Position numbers and translations under genes: made by a program. Of a stretch of DNA of 64,000 bases, positions 51,721 through 64,000 are shown piece by piece. Where the stretch lies: assembly GCA_964106645.2 (NCBI GenBank), contig OZ067038.1. One strand, given 5' to 3'. This DNA is from Podarcis pityusensis (lineage: Eukaryota). The stretch's first letter is position 1. Each line of letters starts with the position of its first letter. Below the pieces are notes generated by a model that worked only from the letters and a program-made list of their open reading frames with translations, was not told the origin of the DNA and searched no databases.

Positions 51721-51786
51721 TCCAGGCTGAGATTTGTATCAAGGCTCTGGCTCCCGCAACAGAGCTTGGGGACTCCCTGACGAGCA
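51721..51786 (-). CDS. BRSK2: Candidate BRSK2 cassette exon (66 nt, phase 2/2): (S)ARQGVPKLCCGSQSLDTNLSL(E/D)
   Basis: Acceptor gctgtcttgtgcag|TGCT (short pyrimidine tract), donor GGA|gtgagg followed by G-runs; length divisible by 3 and no stop in the BRSK2 frame. Confidence 0.35.
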
Positions 51787-53512
51787 CTGCACAAGACAGC
51801 AGCTCATTATTTTTCCCCAGCTTGTGAACTTTTTATGAGTTCCTGGCAGCTTGGCTGCAATGCTCTCTTCCTGCAGGCCCTCACAAAAATGAGTGCCTTG
51901 TATGCTGCGCCAGAATCAGACCATCCATCTGCTGACAGGCAGAGTACCCTCTATCTGCAGCTTCTAAATGAGAAACCTGCAGGTCCTTTAAAAAGTTTAT
52001 TTAGTGGACTTTCTTGGCCTACAAAAGCAGTTTCTAGGCTTAATTTGAGCCAAGGTTCGCAAAAGCTCAGTCCAAGAGCCCATTTTCAATATTATGAATA
52101 CCAGCTCAAGTGCAGTGCAGTGGCTTAGCGACTGAGGGCTCATCCACAATTCCACTTGCCCCATGCTTAGAAAGCACAGGTCCAAGCAGTCCCGTCCCCC
52201 CCGCTCTGCTTCTTTCCCAGGAAAAACCCGATCTTTAGCTCTAAATCAGAACAAACAACAATCTGCGGAAAACCCAATAGCTGTTTGCTCTTATTCAGCG
52301 CTAAAGAGTGGTTTTCCCCAGGGGAAAAGCAGAGGGACAACAGTCGATAAACAAAAGTGTGGATAACACTAGGAAGCAACCAGTTCAAATCTTGCCCCTG
52401 CAATGTGCTCACTAGTCAGATCAGAGCCAGCGGGGGTGGGGTAGGTAGAGTGTTGGACTAGAACCTGGAAGCCCTGGGTTCAAATTTTCACTAAACTGGG
52501 AAGCCAGTCTCTCAGTCTAATTCACCTCATAGGGGATTATGAGGATTAAATAGGGAAGAACCACATATGAGGAAAGGTAGGATATAATTGTATATATAAA
52601 TAATAACTCTCTTCTGCTCTTAGCTCCCAAACTACAAAAATGGATATAGTGAGTTACCTAATAGGGCAACTGTAATGATTAAAAGACAATGTATATGGAG
52701 CAGTTTGAATACTCAAGTGTTATTCATAATGCAGTGGCTAGGACTTCTTTCCCCCGGTCTGCAGGTTGAGTGTAGACCAATGTGCCTTTGAGTACATGCA
52801 GAATATTTTTTTTTGCCCATGTGTAACTACAGTGAGACTCCACATGCTTAAGTATATGTCATGCATCCTTACAGATTATATGAGTGTAGTTGCAAAAGGT
52901 TTCTAGGTGATAAACTAGGGGTACAATCCACAGCTAGAAAACTCTTATCTATCTCAGTGGGATTTGGACACTACCTGCTGTCTATGTTCAAAAGGAAAGG
53001 ACTTAAATGGTTCAAAACCTAGTTAATGTTCTAAAGCAATGAATAATTCTCCAGATGATTAGAAAAGAGTAGATTCCATTTTTCAAGTGAATGAACTGGG
53101 TGCTGCCTTTGTCAATGTTAACAAGACAGGAAATATTACACAGTGTTATTACTTTTATGCCTCATTTTTATCACTGTTAAAGGTTTTAAAAATGAAACAA
53201 CTCAAAAGTAGCAACAATTCCTTCAACAGCTGCACCAAAACAACACCAACACAGAGTTTTGGCTGGTGCATTTTGTCATGCAGAGATGAGAAAAGCTGCA
53301 CCTTTGGAAACTCCGTCTGCTACACCAGTCTTAGCCAACCTGGTGCCCTCCAGATGTTTTGGATAACAACCCCCTTCAGATGCCAAAGGCAGCACTGCAC
53401 AATTATTAAGCCCGCTTTCCCATTAACAGTCTTGCTCCTGTCTCTTATGGCAGAGCGCAGCACCTTTTGGCAGCTGAACTGTCATGGCTGAGGAGGGCAA
53501 GGAAAGTCAGCC

Positions 53513-53547
<35 letters not shown>
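53513..53547. repeat. (AAT)n microsatellite
   Basis: Seen directly. Confidence 0.95.
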
Positions 53548-54110
53548 TGAGAGTAGCTAACATATTTTATGTAGTTTGCTTAAGGATTGGGGGCCCATCT
53601 ACTGCTGGTTAAATGGTTTACCAATACCAATTTTGGCTTCCCCAGGAGTACCACTGCCTTCCTCCATTTGCCAGCACAGAGGCAAGAAAGGTATATGGAG
53701 GAAGAGGTGGTTTCATCCCAGGGACTTTGGGAGATGGAGGAACCCTGGCTTGTCACCACCTGTTCCTTCCCCACTGTAGCTCTCCTGTAAATTAGTTACT
53801 GACTCATGGTCACAGAACACACTAGTGCAACCCCAACCCAGTGCCCTCCAGATATTATTGGACTACAACTCCCATCATCCCTTGTCAGCACGGTCAGTAG
53901 TCAGGGATAGTCCAGCATCTGGAAGGTGCCAGGCTGGGGAAGGCTGGAATAGTGTGCTGATGTGGAAGAAAACTAGCTATTGGTCCACCCAAAACTGGGT
54001 CTCTTTCTCTCAAGTGCAAGCAAATTTTTCCCCAGTGGAGAAGGTAAGTACTGCATCTTTAAGGAATAGCAGTGAGGTAAAGGAGAGGAACAGATTGTTG
54101 GTGTTTATAC

Positions 54111-54176
54111 CTTTCTTCTTTGTTGAATTTGGGATTGGCGTCACAGATATCCAGGCTTTTACTGAACATTGTTTTA
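54111..54176 (-). CDS. BRSK2: BRSK2 alternative cassette exon (66 nt, phase 2/2): (S)KTMFSKSLDICDANPKFNKEE(R)
   Basis: Acceptor ttgttcctgccatag|TAAA, donor GAAAG|gtataa. The peptide resembles the mammalian BRSK2 isoform insert recalled as SKAMFSKSLDIAEAHPQFSKEDR. Confidence 0.88.
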
Positions 54177-57100
54177 CTATGGCAGGAACAAAGTGAGAAA
54201 ACAGAGTTACTAATGTGGACATTCATATGAGATTTGCCTGATGCAGTCCCTGAGACCCACCCACCCAAAGTTACCCCACCCATTTTGAAGAAATGCTCTG
54301 GAACAGGGATCAGAACTGTGTTCCTTTACCAATTGGGTGTCTTGCCCTGGAAAGGTACCAAATTTATGGGTGTACTCAACTTAGATTTGGCTTATACTAC
54401 ACCAATGAAGCAAGTGGGGAGATTTGGATACTGAATTTGATGATGCAGGCTCAAACCGCAACTCTCAAGTTGGTCATGGTGGCATGAGGCAAGATTCATT
54501 TTATACAAACCATGTCTCTAAAACTTCTTGCACATGCCTTCCCCAAACCCAAGTTAGCCGATGAGGAAATGCTGACCCAAAGTAGAATCATATTCCTCAC
54601 AGAGATTTGTGAGACATGTCAGAATTCAGCTGAGGCCACCAATATTAAACATGGTCTGAAGAATGCAGATTCAGTTAAGTGGTTCAAAATGGCCTCTGCT
54701 ATACATACCTTGTTCCCACAAGTCCCCCCTCCCCCCATGGCCTCAGCTGCAAACAAAGGCCTAAAAGACAGGTCTGGCCTATGGACAGTTGATCTGGAGT
54801 ATACCAGACCCAAATGAAAGTTGTCATTCCAGATAATCAGTGTAAAGTACCCACAAGAAAAAGGACACCAGTTTGTTGATGGAACCAACTCTCTCAGCTC
54901 CCCTTCCAGTTCTTAATCTGCTCTCTGTACTTCATTCTGTTTGCTTTAAGAGAAACCTAAAAGCCTATGACACCCAGGGAGAAAAAAAGAACCTGTTGCA
55001 GGAAAATGCACCATGAACGTGGCAGCTGCTATGGCATTGATGTATCTTGGGGGAGATGAAAGGCTGAGTTTAAATATGATGAAGAACAATGTACTAAAGT
55101 CCCCAGAATAGAAAGAATAAAAGGAAATGATGTTTACAGTAACCAAAACAGCAAATGGAGGAAGCAGGATTTTCAGTAGAGAAGTATTGAAAGCCAAGTA
55201 GGTTTTGGGATATTCAACACTGCATTTTATCTCTTCCCTCAGTAATAGTGAACAGGGAGGGAAGAGGCAAGGAATATATAAAGAGTCAGATACACTGGGG
55301 GGAAAAATGTAAAGCACTGAAGAAGCTAAGTAACACTTTTTCCTTACAGTACATTAGGGTTGGCAACTAGCAGGATTACAATAGGCCAGTCAAACCAGCA
55401 CAACAGATACCTGTGCACTTTTGAGTCTCAGGCAGCCAGGAAGACAGTGCATGGCAACAAAACATTCCAAGCACAGACAGACAGAAAGCAACTGAAGGTA
55501 GAGTTATGCTGGTACATAGCTCCCTCATCCCACCCCTTGGCAGGTTTCGCATGATATTAAATATTCTTCACAAATATGTCAAAGAAAGGATAGAGGTTCT
55601 TTCCAAAGCCCATTAATATTTGTCCTTTCAGCTGCATTAACTATGAACCCCAACTCTTATTTCCCCCCCAAACCTATGCCAAGATTTTGTGTGGTTTTGT
55701 GCCACAAACCTTGGGTTTTGTACCACCACCTGCAGTGTATTGACACATCAAAGGTTCCTAGGTAAGGATGCTGAGAATTATCTGTTATAAATCCTGTTAG
55801 AGCCACAATTTCCAAACTGTTTTAGGAAAGGGAATTAGTGCTGGACCACTTATGTCTCTAGTGAACATATACCTTGAGAATGTTGTTCTTAAGGGCAGAT
55901 GGAACTCTAACAAAAATTACCTTTCAAATGCTACTTGGAGCATAATACTATGCTGGGAGCCTTACAATGTTTGCCTATTGGTTGGATGTACTTGGGTTTT
56001 ATTACTGATGGTACTGACAGTCTTCCTGTCAGATGGTAACCATCTCCAAACACCTTTGTTGTTAATGAACAATCCATGTTCTGAATAAGTACACTGCCAG
56101 TAGTCTATGCTGTATGCCTTTGCAATCTGAAGATGAGGTGGCTCATCTGATTTACCAAAGTACAGTCAAAAAATAATAATTCATTCTATGTCTCTTCCAT
56201 TTCCCTGTTCACAATCACACATTGGTACCTTCCTTTAGCAGCTATGGCCTAGCAATCAACTATATGAGCAAAAGCGCAGATGTTGTATTTGGCATGCATT
56301 CTGACTCACAAAAATATGGACACATCCTTTGCTGTGTGGCACAACCTTTTGTATAAAAGCATCTCTTCGGAAAAAATTCTCTGGACTTCTGTCAATTTAT
56401 CAGTTTCTACTAAAGCAGTGTTCATGCTCCCCATCCCCTGCCAACATTCAAATAAATAAAAGCACACACTCTCATTTGGTGAGAGACAAAGCTGTGTAAT
56501 ATTTGCACTTTCCTGAGAATCTGCTATGCAACTGCCATCCCAAGGTGAGAGATAGCAGGAATTGTGCAAGCTACTTTGATGTATCAGGATTAAGGCAAGA
56601 TCTTAGAATCAGGAAATGACATTCTTCCTAATTTGGGTTTTCTTTCTTAGTTGGCTAGCCTAGCAAATTCTACCCAGACAAGTGCCTGATGTAAACAACT
56701 GGAATGCAAAACAGCATGGTAACTGTCTGCAGGTGAGTTTGTGCTATTATCACAAGCTGTCTCCATCATTCTGTTCCTGAAGAGCTTCATTGTTAGGTAA
56801 GCAAAATTCTCAGCACCCAAAATGGACTTTTAGAGTTGAGACAAGGGAGCCTATGTAATCAATGGTGATAGCTCAGTATTGTAGCAGTTTAGCCTCACCA
56901 TGCTTACACTTGCTTTTTAGCCTGTCATCTCTGATCAAATTGGCCTCAACCACTACATCAGAATACATTTACCAAATTACCATTTCACTACTTACTTTTC
57001 AGGCATCCTGTTGCTGCATATCTCAGACCAAAAACTGTACAGTGCACAGCTATGTACCCCCAGCAATCAAATTTGGTTAGTCTTGGCAAATTGCTCTTTG

Positions 57101-57855
57101 CACACACTAGAGGTTTAACTGCACTGGACTACAGGCCCTCTTGTGTTTTCTACTTGGCGACTGGACATCAGCTAAAGTTGGGGAGGATAACTGCTAACAA
57201 CTGAGGCACAGGTCTGTGTTGGAAAAAATTAAATTAACCTAGATGCACAGAGTTCTTTAGTACATTTCTATATAGTTTTAACACACATGGGGATTTCCTT
57301 TCATCTCTTCAGCCTTTAGACTTTCTATCCCATTCAAAATATAACCAGAAGACCCCAAAGAAGTTCACTGAGCTTATGCCTTCTGGGAACACCTTTACTT
57401 ATTTATTTATTTATTTATTTATTTATGGCCGTCTGCTGCTCACTGCAACACCATGGCTGCCATGTTTCTTCAGACAGAGATTGGAAATAATTGATTTTCA
57501 CGTAAGAAACATGCACACATTTTTGGATGAGACCAGAGGCTATGGTGACACTTTTTATTTAGCTAAGATGTTTCTCTTTAGCCTATGCAAGCTTCTATTG
57601 GTAATTATTCCCTCCCCCCAGCACTGCTCTGAAATGCTGGAAGCAAAGGAGTAAAAAAGTATACATATATTTTTTTAAAAAGCAACAGTAACTAGAGTAA
57701 TGAAGTAATCTTCCTTACAGATTTCTGCACAGGCTACTGTGAGAAAACCTAGACTGATGCTCCTTCACCTGGATAAACATAATGGTGCCAGCTGAGATGG
57801 CTTCCGAAACTCTGATGGCACAGACTTCCTGACTTTTGGCTTTGGGGACCACCTA

Positions 57856-58314
<459 letters not shown>

Positions 58315-58746
58315 TTATCTGGAGGGTGAAATGAAAAACAAACTTTTCCCACTTGCACATAAGGTTAGAACACCGTTAAAATAAATTATGGTTTAAGGTG
58401 GGTAAGCTGGAATGATAAGAATGCTCACTTCACTCCTCCACACTGCTCTTGCCTTGCTGCTGGGAACAAACCAGAGTCTGTTTAAGTCTGAATCCAGGCT
58501 TGTGATTTATTTCTCTCCAAACAAACCATGCACAGAAACCATGGTTTGCTCTTGGCTTACTGCTTGTAGCTTGTTTGAAGGAAGCAATGAGTTCTGGTTC
58601 AGGCATCATAGTCAGCCAGACCCTGGCTTGCTTCCCAGTAGCACAGCAGAAGCGGGAGATGAACAAAGCAAGCTTGCTGCTCGCTTGCATTAAGCCATAG
58701 TTAATTTTAATCTTTGGTTTAGCTTTACGTGCTAACCAGGCCAACG

Positions 58747-58822
58747 TAGCAGTCACTGAAATGGAGATTACAATATTCCAGACAAATAGCAGTCACTGAA
58801 ATGGAGACTACAATATTCCAGA
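58747..58822. repeat. Direct tandem duplication, two 36-bp copies with 40-bp period and one mismatch
   Basis: tagcagtcactgaaatggaga(t/c)tacaatattccaga at 58747-58782 and 58787-58822. Confidence 0.9.
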
Positions 58823-60126
58823 TGTAGAGACATTTTAGGTAAGAAGGTTTTATATTTGCCTGTAAGCAGCTACTTAAAAGTTAAATGAAGGCATCTTAGA
58901 AGGGCAAGCAAGATAGAGCCTAAACTTGCAGTATTAAACTAACATTTACTGCCAATGGGTCTTGTAATAAAAAAATAGCAAACATGGAGTCTGGCATTTA
59001 CTGGAGGATACTGTATAGGAATCTGTCACTTTTAGCCTATGAAACACTCAGGAATGGTCCAACAGTGTTCTGCCCCAGTTCTCCAGCAACTTGCCTTTTC
59101 AATATGTTGTGTGTGTTAAAAACTCTCGTTTTGCACTGAAGAAACTACTGCCCTCTGACAAAACAGGGGTTTTCAACTATACCATATTTTATACCCTCAC
59201 GTCTTGATTTATGTGACCTTTCATATCATCATCCCTCTTCCCCAAGGAACCAAAACAATGTTACAGCCAGGCAGAATGGAAACAAATAAGCATTCTTGCA
59301 TGTGTGCTGATGAGTTTGTTCTTGACAGTAGGGCAAAAGTAGAGCAAAGTTTTAAAAAGAAGAAATGCTGCTTTCTATTCTCATAAATCTGCAGTGGCCT
59401 GTATAGAGAGATATCTGTGTGCTTTGTGCAACTGTGGAATAATGTCAGACTACATTGCAGGAGAAATTTTGGTTCAATAGAGAGGAAGAAAACATACTTC
59501 TGAGAGAAGGGAACCACACACATGCGCAGGATCAAAAAGAGGAAAGTTAAAAAAAAAGAAAACAACAACAGACTACCAGAGTTGAATCATTCATTTAGCA
59601 TCAGCTAGAATTCCAAAGCCTGAACTATTGCTCTAAGGTTTCTCAAACTTGCCCATGTGCACCTAGACAGATGAACACTTATTCTGCATGGCATGCATCT
59701 TTGAAGTAAGTAACATCTCCAAGCAACTATTATTACACCATCACTACTTCCCTGATCCTTTCCTCTCATCTCTTTGTTTGAGGCCACAGTTAATGGCTAA
59801 TGATGAGATATTCATCAGAAGCATGATTGCTCTCAATTAAACCTTGCTCTGCATTGCCAGAGATATTGCTAGGAGCAAAGAGCTAAACTTATCCACCATG
59901 CTTCCCTTGGGAAAGGAAGCACAACTAACACTTGAATAATAATGCACATGAATTCTAAAATATGATGACACATCACACAGATATTGCAGCTCAGAGATAA
60001 TGTTAACACATTCAGGGAAGACATTTTTCTTCCTGCACAGAAAAATCCAGACAATAGTTTGCATTAGTGCATGAAACGAATGTTATGATACATCTGTGGC
60101 ATGCAAAGAGAAGGAGGAAAGCCTAC

Positions 60127-60162
60127 CTCAGATGCACAACTGAGGCATAAAATTGCACTTGT
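60127..60162 (-). CDS. BRSK2: Candidate alternative 36-nt 'poison' exon of BRSK2: (D)KCNFMPQLCI*
   Basis: Acceptor ttttgacttcctgcgcag|ACAAG, donor GAG|gtaggc, in-frame TGA, and downstream UGCAUG (60100-60105) and ACUAAU (60063-60068). Prediction only. Confidence 0.45.
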
Positions 60163-60847
60163 CTGCGCAGGAAGTCAAAATTCAACCACTTAAATAATAA
60201 GTAGCAGAATTATCTTTTGTGCCAAAGCATTTAGCCAAATCAATTTGTTGTCTATGGAGCTTACTTTAAGAAACTCCCCTATATGTATAATTCATTGTCT
60301 AGGGAGTGTACCTTAAGAAGTCAGAAACAGCACATCAGAAAAGACTCTCCCATATTTTTCTATAAGCATTATGTGAGATATAGTAAGAGAGCAAGTATGC
60401 TGCATCCACATTATTTAAATCCACTGGATTCACTGGAAATGCTTCCTTTCTGCTTTATGTGCATACATAGCTAAGAACATGTTTCAAGTGAAGTGATCAA
60501 GGACTGCTGACTGTGGCTTCAGTATGAAGCTCCAAGTTCAGTCTGATGCACACATGGAGCTCCCACCCACACCAGCTTTTATTTCAGTGGTAGGGAAAAC
60601 TCTAGCCATGCAAGGAGATGCATAAACTGAGATGCAGTCACCTCTACTGAAGTTAATTTTAAAGCCTTTCAGGTGCAGGTAGGTCTGTATGTATACGAGA
60701 CTTTCTGAAAATGCAAGGAGCTTCTCAAATAGACTGAATATTATGTAACATGCTATAACACTTGGTAAGATGTGGCCAGTCCCTCCAGTGAGAGCAACAC
60801 CAAAAGAGGGACCCACTCTAGAGACACAGATTTGTTTCCAGGTATAC

Positions 60848-60945
60848 CTATTTCATTTCTAGGAGGAAGGTCCTCATCCTCATGACTAGGATATCTCTCT
60901 TTCCGATCAAGGAGAAGAAAATAAATCATTTTCTCTTGGTTTTCT
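60848..60945 (-). CDS. BRSK2: BRSK2 coding exon (~exon 11, 98 nt): [32 protein letters not shown](D)
   Basis: Acceptor gtttttccag|AGAA, donor ATAG|gtatac; the frame joins both neighbouring exons. Confidence 0.96.
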
Positions 60946-61166
60946 CTGGAAAAACAACAATACATCATCATCATCATCATCCAATAAAAATTTCCAGCTT
61001 TTTGCACAATATTAACTTCATTTATGATATCTTAAATGATGGAAGAAAGAGCTGGTGCAGACATTATTGGATGGACTTACCTGCATGAATAGCTACTCCT
61101 TGAAAAAGAACTGTTACCTTCTGAATTGTTTTTATGGTTGACAGTTTTAATACGATGCTCTCAGGT

Positions 61167-61365
61167 CATAAGAATATTAAAAGATCCCTGCTGGATCAGA
61201 CCAAAGGCCCATCTAGCCCAGCAACCTGTTCTGACAGTGACCAACCAGATGTCCATGGGAAGTCCATGTGCAGAACCAGTGCGCAACAGCACTCCAATGA
61301 CTTGTGATTCCCAGAAGCTGAAATTTATACTGCCCTCGACAATGGAGGTGGAACTTAGTAATTGA
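61167..61365 (-). mobile_element. CR1-family 3' end fragment
   Basis: cataagaa...ctgctggatcagaccaaaggcccatctagcccagca..., a typical reverse-complemented reptile CR1 tail. Confidence 0.65.
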
Positions 61366-62104
61366 ATCCTTTGGGGGACAGAATATGAGGGATATGGATA
61401 CATTTATAAATAAATAAATAAATGTTTTGCTCCATGTAAAACACTCTCTTCATGTGGAAAAGAAGCAAATAAGGAAGACACATTTCCATGTGCAGGGACA
61501 CATTTTGGTTTGGTTTTTACATGGAGGAGTATTCAAGCATATAACCCTCCCCTCTGTATCTGAAGTGGTACAGCTTAAAAAGGATTGCATCAGGCCACTG
61601 GTAGAGCAATCATGGGGGCTTCTTACAACTTTGGTTCACAAGCGTGTTCTGCCTCTGCCACCAGAGCCAGAAGCTATGAGAGGCAGCAGCGTCCCTGGCC
61701 TGTGAGGAACCCTTGACTTGTGATGGACTGAACATTCAGTTGCTCTGGCGACCATTCCTGAGCCAGAGGAAGTTTCTATATGCTTTTCTGCGATTATGAG
61801 GGGGCAACTCTTGTCTATTTTACTGTATTTTAAAAAATATCAGGAGCTGTCTCAATAACTTTGGTTAGTAGCCAAGGTAAAAAATAGTCCGAATAAATAA
61901 ATAAGAGGCTGAGCTATGAATCAAGAAGGCCCTCATTTGAATCTTGCTTCTGCTGTGAACTCACTAGGTGGCCTTAGACAGATCACTGTTTGTCAGCTTC
62001 AGCCCCTCACTTCCCACCACCTGCAAGATGGGAGATAATTATACTGAGCTACCCTACAGGATTGTTGTACTACAACTAAATAATGCATATGAAATACTTT
62101 GTAC

Positions 62105-62150
<46 letters not shown>

Positions 62151-62704
62151 ACTTTATTATTTATACCCCACCCATCTGGCTGGGTTTCCCCAGCCACTCT
62201 GGGCAGCTCCCAACAGAATACTAAAAACATGATAAAAGAGCAAACATTAAAAACTTCCCTAAACAGGGGTGCTTTCAGATGCCTTCTAAAAGTCAGATAG
62301 TTGTTTATTTCCTTGACATCTGATGGGAGGGTGTTCCACAAGACAGTCGCCAATACGGAGAAGGCCCTCTGCCTGGTTCCCTGTAATCTCACTTCTCACA
62401 GTGAGGGAACTGCCACAAGGCCCTTGGCGCTGGACCTCAATGTCCGGGCTGAACGATGGGGGTGATGACGCTCCTTCAGGTATACAGGACCAAGGCCGTT
62501 TAGGGCTTTAAAGGTCAGCACCAACACTTTGAATTGTGCTTGGAAACATACTGGGAGCCATGTAGGTCTTTCAGGACCAGTGTTATATGGTCTCAGCAGC
62601 CACTCCCAGTCACCAGTCTAGGTGCTGCATTCTGGATTAGTTGTAGTTTCCGGGTCACCTTCGAAGGTAGCCCCATGTAGAGCACATTACAGTAGTCCAA
62701 GCGG
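62105..62704 (-). mobile_element. L2 LINE 3' end with (AAT)n tail
   Basis: ORF 62054..62392 contains the L2 ORF2 C-terminal motif RAFSV.A..LWN.LP.......FRRHLK..LF, followed by the 3' UTR and a microsatellite tail. Confidence 0.85.
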
Positions 62705-62811
62705 TATACTGATGTTGAATATTATTATTACTACTACTGGTAGTAGTTTTAGCAGTATCTGCCAGAATTGCATCAGCTCCTAGTGACCCTCAAGAGATTC
62801 CTCTTGATATC

Positions 62812-62839
62812 GATAGATAGATAGATAGATAGATAGATA
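62812..62839. repeat. (GATA)n microsatellite
   Basis: Seen directly. Confidence 0.95.
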
Positions 62840-63159
62840 ACACTGAACTGGGTGGATGGCAAGTCTGATTTATCACAAGGAAGTTCTTTTACATATCAAT
62901 CTGCTGAAAAATTATTATTGGCTCATCTTACTATACATGGCCCATGCACCAGGGTAACATTATGTCACAGAGCCTATTTAACAGATGAGTAGAAAAGAAG
63001 ATCTTCCATGGCTGCTGCAGGGAAAAGAAATGCTGCATGTAGCAAAGTTTGCCTTTTAACAGAAATCTGCAATAGCTAAGTAAATCATGCCTTCCATGGT
63101 TTTTGGTGACTGTTCCCATATACCCATCAAGCCTATGTTAAGCAAACACTGAATGCTTA

Positions 63160-63483
<324 letters not shown>

Positions 63484-64000
63484 TCATACATGGAAATAAG
63501 TCCCATTCATTCCAGTAAATGCATTTTCAAGTAAATATGCAACTGTGGGTTAAGCTATGAAGGATAGTTGCAAGACATGGATTTTTAGCAGCACAGATTG
63601 AGCAAGCATCTAGGTAAAATATTTACTATGAGCAATGAAGATCCCCAGGAATGTGCATTCAAGAATCACAGTTACCAACCTGTTTTAAGGGATTTCTATT
63701 TTTAGCATACTGCCACTTTAATTTAATACAAAACAAAACCTTATTCATAAGTACTCTAGGAAGCAGAATTCACTATCTATATTACGAATGGAACCCAAGT
63801 GCAATGTCTTGTTCAGCTGTTAGCTGTCATTCCTGTACTTGATGTGTCATAACATTTCAGTCTAGCTGACCCGTTTTATCTCCTGAATGTTGCCACTGCT
63901 ATCAGTCATGGCAACAGCAGGTACACACACATTCACACTAACAGATACTGATGTAATAAAAATAAGGCCCATTTTTCAGGTATAGGCAGCCTGGGTGTGA

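Overview
This is vertebrate genomic DNA, not prokaryotic. The Sauria-SINE fragments point to a squamate, probably a lacertid-like lizard (inference). The window lies within or just 3' of one minus-strand gene, BRSK2 (SAD-A, the AMPK-related brain serine/threonine kinase). Ten core coding exons (165, 98, 151, 61, 208, 49, 124, 181, 90 and 48 nt; about exons 10-19 by recalled human numbering) have canonical GT-AG ends and join into one frame covering the UBA domain, Pro/Ser-rich linker and KA1 domain. The kinase-domain exons and the canonical last exon(s) were not found here. The main signal is a dense alternative-splicing layer that the ORF track mostly misses. It comprises a known-type 66-nt cassette, three further frame-preserving phase-2 cassette candidates (66, 54, 24 nt), a 405-nt in-frame 5' extension of exon 14 behind a ~230-nt AG-free zone with a distant branch point and RBFOX motifs, a stop-containing 36-nt 'poison' exon with RBFOX/QKI motifs, and a two-codon alternative last exon that could create a PDZ-binding C-terminus. 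The introns also hold a Penelope-like fragment with an intact minimal hammerhead-ribozyme core, a solo LTR, hAT and Tc1/pogo MITEs with target-site duplications (TSDs), L2/CR1/SINE fragments, a near-perfect 85-bp inverted duplication abutting a hAT MITE, and microsatellites. Nearly all ORF-track entries are chance intronic ORFs. All novel exon calls are sequence-based predictions that need RNA evidence.
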